Of a DNA stretch of 64,000 nucleotides, positions 60,402 to 64,000 are shown one piece after another (positions within the stretch are counted from its first letter, which is position 1; each line of letters opens with the position of its first letter). A program made the position numbers and the translations under genes. The notes under the pieces were generated by a model, which was given only the letters and a program-made list of their open reading frames with translations, made no database searches and was not told the origin of the DNA. Origin of the DNA: a virus (Duplodnaviria; Caudoviricetes); the IMG/VR virus record IMGVR_UViG_3300031555_003590, positions 96,001-160,000 of that record; one strand, given 5' to 3'.

Positions 60402-62369
60402 ATGTCAAATAATTTAATAAATTTAGTCTGTGATAACTGTAAAAAAGAATATCAAATAACAAGAAAATTGTATTTAGCACGAAAGCGTAAAAATAATCCA
60501 AATTATTGTAAAGAATGTATGAAAAAAGATGCAATAGAACGTTCTAAAATTACTAAAGAAAATATGAGTGATGAATGTAAAGCAGAGTATAAAAGAAAAG
60601 TATCAGAGGGTAATATTAGATATTGGAAAAATTTACCTAAAGATGTACAAGAAAAGAGATTTAATCAACTACGTAAACAAAATGATGATTTTCAGAAATC
60701 ATTAACTCCAAAAAAACGAAAAGAACATACTAAAAAAATATTAGCTGGTAAAGCTAAAATGACTGAACAAGCTAAGGTTGAAATGCGAATGAATATATCA
60801 AAATCAATGTCAAAGCATCATGCAAATATGACATTAGAAGAAAAAGAAATATTTAGTCAACAAATTAAAACAGGGATGGCTAAAATGACACCAGAAGAAA
60901 AAAGAGCTAGAAATGAATCATGGGTTAATTGGTGGAATAGTTTATCTCCTATAGAACAAAAAGCACATATGAAACCGGCATTAGAAGGTTTACAAAATTA
61001 TTGGGATAATGCCAGTGATGAAGAATTTAATAGACGTGTTATTGACCTTAATAATTACAGAGAAAATTATTTTAATAATTTATCACAAGATGAATATGAA
61101 GAATTGTTACATAAACGATTAACTTCTTCTAAAGGTAAAAATAATTTTCATCAAAAATTTGAAAGTCGATTCAATGAATCAATGCTTATTAACGATTATT
61201 ATTTTAAAGAAGAAATTATGTTATATAACAATGACATACTTCATTCATGGGATTATGGTATATATTCTAATAATACTAATGAGTTAGTAATGGTAGTAGA
61301 TTTAGATGGTAGATATTATCATGCAGATGGTTATGACTATGATGGATTTCATTCCAAAGAAGAATATGATGAAAAAAGATCATTATCAGTTCCAGATAAT
61401 GTTAAATTATTTATAATCCAAGAATATGAATTCAGTAAATGTTTTGAATTGATGATAAAGGAATTAATGTTAAATTATGAAGAATATATTGATTATCAAT
61501 TTAAAATGTGTAGATCTATGCCTTTTCCCAATCCTAAATATACTGATAGAGAATTAATTAAATCATTTAGAGGATTACTAAGACTAGATCCTAATAATTA
61601 TGAGTATAGAGTTAAAAAGGCTAATACTCGTAATGGTGATAGACTAATTCAACATTTCCATGAATCAATTTATAGAGCACATCGACGGGGTAATATTAGT
61701 CCACATGACGCATGGTATAATGATAAGCTACTTATAGAATGTATTCAAAATAGAATTATTTATCAAAATCATTTAAATCCTAATAAAATTCTTCAAGGAT
61801 TTAATGTAGCTAAAATAGCAACTAAAGTATCAGTATTTAGTGCTGGCAGAGCTAAAATATTAATAGATAAATATCTATCAGATTGTAATGAGATATTCGA
61901 TCCATTCAGTGGATTCAGTGGTAGAATGTTAGGTACTATATCACTAGGTAAGAAATATATAGGTCAAGATATTAGTATCATTCATATTAATGAATCTAAT
62001 AAAATGATCAAATTTTTGAAAGATAATATAAAATACTTTAAAATGATACGTAAGGATACTAAATATTTTAATGATATTAGTACTATTAATGCGATTATAA
62101 CTCAAGCTAATATACTAGATTCTACTGGTGAATATGAGTGTCTATTTACTTGTCCACCATATTCAGATAAAGAACAATGGTTAGAAGTACCTATAGATAC
62201 TAGAAGTTGTGATGATTGGATAGATGAATGTTTATCTAGATTTAAATGCAAGAAATACTTGTTTGTAGTAGATAATACTATCAAATACAAAAATTATATT
62301 GTAGATGAGATTAAAAATAGATCACATTTTGGCGGTAATAGTGAATATGTAATATTAATAGAAAGATAA
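60402..62369 (+). CDS. Zinc finger / helical repeats / Vsr-like endonuclease / DNA amino-methyltransferase fusion
   Basis: CDNC..CKEC; repeated MTxEEK units; WDYGI..VDLDGRYYH..YDEKR; IFDPFSGFSGR; FTCPPY. Confidence 0.7.
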   Translation: MSNNLINLVCDNCKKEYQITRKLYLARKRKNNPNYCKECMKKDAIERSKITKENMSDECKAEYKRKVSEGNIRYWKNLPKDVQEKRFNQLRKQNDDFQKSLTPKKRKEHTKKILAGKAKMTEQAKVEMRMNISKSMSKHHANMTLEEKEIFSQQIKTGMAKMTPEEKRARNESWVNWWNSLSPIEQKAHMKPALEGLQNYWDNASDEEFNRRVIDLNNYRENYFNNLSQDEYEELLHKRLTSSKGKNNFHQKFESRFNESMLINDYYFKEEIMLYNNDILHSWDYGIYSNNTNELVMVVDLDGRYYHADGYDYDGFHSKEEYDEKRSLSVPDNVKLFIIQEYEFSKCFELMIKELMLNYEEYIDYQFKMCRSMPFPNPKYTDRELIKSFRGLLRLDPNNYEYRVKKANTRNGDRLIQHFHESIYRAHRRGNISPHDAWYNDKLLIECIQNRIIYQNHLNPNKILQGFNVAKIATKVSVFSAGRAKILIDKYLSDCNEIFDPFSGFSGRMLGTISLGKKYIGQDISIIHINESNKMIKFLKDNIKYFKMIRKDTKYFNDISTINAIITQANILDSTGEYECLFTCPPYSDKEQWLEVPIDTRSCDDWIDECLSRFKCKKYLFVVDNTIKYKNYIVDEIKNRSHFGGNSEYVILIER

Positions 62370-62504
62370 TTTGGATCAATAAATAATAATATAGTGAGGA
62401 GGTAATATACCTCCTCACTACTTAGTATGTTAAATTATTATAATTATATATTATAATAATAAGAGATGTATGAAAGATTACATCATAAAATATAAAATAA
62501 GGAG

Positions 62505-63221
62505 TTGTTTAAAATGAATTTAGAAAAAAATTATGAAGATCTTTGGAATGAAAAGATTGAACTTGAACCTGAATATGTTCCAGATTATAGGACTGAGAGT
62601 GACAAAATTATTGATGAGTTAATTGAAAAAGAAAAAGTTCAAAAAGAATTAAAAGAATCTATAAATGAAAATCGTATTGTATATACGAATGAAGTAATTG
62701 AAGAAAGAGTAAATTTAATTCAAGAAGAATTAAATAGAATTAAGGCTGCAATGGTTGCAATTAGTAATGGTGAATTATATGAATCTGTAGTACAAGATGA
62801 TATTTTCTTTGAAGACTCAGATCCGTTCCGTAGTTGTGCAAGTCATCTGGCTAGAGTTGTAGAACATGTTTTAAAATATAAATATTCTACGCTTGGTCCA
62901 AATAGTACTGTTTATAATGATTGGATCGATGATTTTACTACTAATCAGAATAATGCTATTGATGATATTGAATATGGATCTGATACAAGATCAAAAAATG
63001 TAACTAATATTCTTAAAAAATTGGATAATGATATCCAAGATATTTATCAACGTGGAATAAAATGGTATAAAAAAGCTATGAAACGTCGTAAAGACTTAAT
63101 TGATGGATTAGATTATATTCCAAAAAAATATCCTAAAGAATGGAATATTAAAAGATTATTAGAAGATGATATTGAAGAATTGATTGAAGATCTACCTACT
63201 CCTCCTTGGAAGAAAGATTAA
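62505..63221 (+). CDS. DUF29-like protein with acidic N-terminal extension
   Basis: VVEHVLKYKY..WIDDF..IPKKYPKEWNIKRLL, similar to 39628-40236. Confidence 0.5.
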   Translation: MFKMNLEKNYEDLWNEKIELEPEYVPDYRTESDKIIDELIEKEKVQKELKESINENRIVYTNEVIEERVNLIQEELNRIKAAMVAISNGELYESVVQDDIFFEDSDPFRSCASHLARVVEHVLKYKYSTLGPNSTVYNDWIDDFTTNQNNAIDDIEYGSDTRSKNVTNILKKLDNDIQDIYQRGIKWYKKAMKRRKDLIDGLDYIPKKYPKEWNIKRLLEDDIEELIEDLPTPPWKKD

Positions 63222-63227
63222 ATACAT

Positions 63228-63262
63228 GAAAGGAGAGGGAATATTCCCTCTCCTTTATTTTT
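63228..63262. terminator. Bidirectional terminator
   Basis: AAAGGAGAGGGAATATTCCCTCTCCTTT. Confidence 0.8.
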
Positions 63263-63264
63263 AT

Positions 63265-63474
63265 TTACATTCCAAAGTTATAAGGTAATCCAGTCATTTT
63301 TTCAAATTCATCAGCAGTAATTTTACCATATGCTTTATATTCAATAAGAAAGTCTACTCGTTCCATTGGTCTATATAATTGCTGAATTCTTTCTAAAGCA
63401 ACTTTCTCATCATTAGTTAAATTATCATGATCACTAAAATCAATATAATAGTGAGACTTGTCATATTGGACCAT
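63265..63474 (-). CDS. Small hypothetical protein
   Basis: AAGGAGG RBS at the end of the upstream gene. Confidence 0.55.
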   Translation of the reverse strand: MVQYDKSHYYIDFSDHDNLTNDEKVALERIQQLYRPMERVDFLIEYKAYGKITADEFEKMTGLPYNFGM

Positions 63475-63480
63475 ACCAAT

Positions 63481-63999
63481 CTATTCCTCCTTTATAATTT
63501 CATTGAACTTTGAATAATCTTTATTTACAATAAGTATATAATTAAATATATTGGATAAAGATTTCATTAGTTCATGTTTAATTTTTTCTTTTTCTCGACT
63601 TTCTTGATTTTGATTATCCATTCTTTCAGTACTTTTTATTTCTATTTCTGTATTGATAGAAGGGATAAAGAAATCTGGCATATAAAAATGTGAAACTCCT
63701 TTATACTCATAACTATATGTATGAGGAGAAGGAGCTATTAAATCAGATGCAGGCCAATGTAATTCTAAATCTAAATATCTTAAAAAATCTTGTTCATAAG
63801 ATCCAGTATATTGAAATTTAGTTTTACCATCACTCCATTGATATATACCAGAAATTTTTCTATTAGCTAACATTTTTTGTTGCATCTGTGGATCATCCAA
63901 TAAATAAACTTTACCATATTTCTTTATCATACGATTATCTCGTTCTTCTTTATATTTTTGCTTACATTGAGGATTATTACAAAAGCGAGAATATTTCAT
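63481..63999 (-). CDS. TnsA-like PD-(D/E)XK endonuclease, probably N-terminally cut by the window edge
   Basis: SYEQDF, HFYMPDFF, EIEIKS. Confidence 0.7.
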   Translation of the reverse strand: MKYSRFCNNPQCKQKYKEERDNRMIKKYGKVYLLDDPQMQQKMLANRKISGIYQWSDGKTKFQYTGSYEQDFLRYLDLELHWPASDLIAPSPHTYSYEYKGVSHFYMPDFFIPSINTEIEIKSTERMDNQNQESREKEKIKHELMKSLSNIFNYILIVNKDYSKFNEIIKEE

Positions 64000-64000
64000 T

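Noticed and set aside
1-64000. tRNA or rRNA genes
   Set aside because: No cloverleaf or rRNA-like segment seen by eye; GTTCAA hits belong to intron R elements. A tRNAscan run would be needed to exclude them.

Overview
AT-rich segment of a jumbo phage of the phiKZ/AR9(PBS1)-like lineage, probably infecting a Firmicute (AGGAGG Shine-Dalgarno sites, BspA-type LRR, Firmicute-type rtcB/prfH). It encodes a divergent family-B DNA polymerase, SbcC, NAD-dependent ligase, GyrA, several split multisubunit RNA polymerase subunits, a prohead protease and other virion proteins. Five group I introns could be resolved by hand: one in the sigma-like nvRNAP subunit and four in the beta' N-terminal subunit, where a 15-nt micro-exon carries LNADF of the catalytic NADFDGD motif. 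Accessory highlights: an rtcB-prfH ribosome rescue/repair pair whose prfH is much higher in GC than its neighbours, a sigma region 4/alpha-CTD fusion, a PPK1-like kinase, an endonuclease-methyltransferase fusion, a stand-alone degenerate Hint domain, a candidate -1 frameshift and a mosaic LRR protein. All assignments come from motif recognition by eye; no searches were run.
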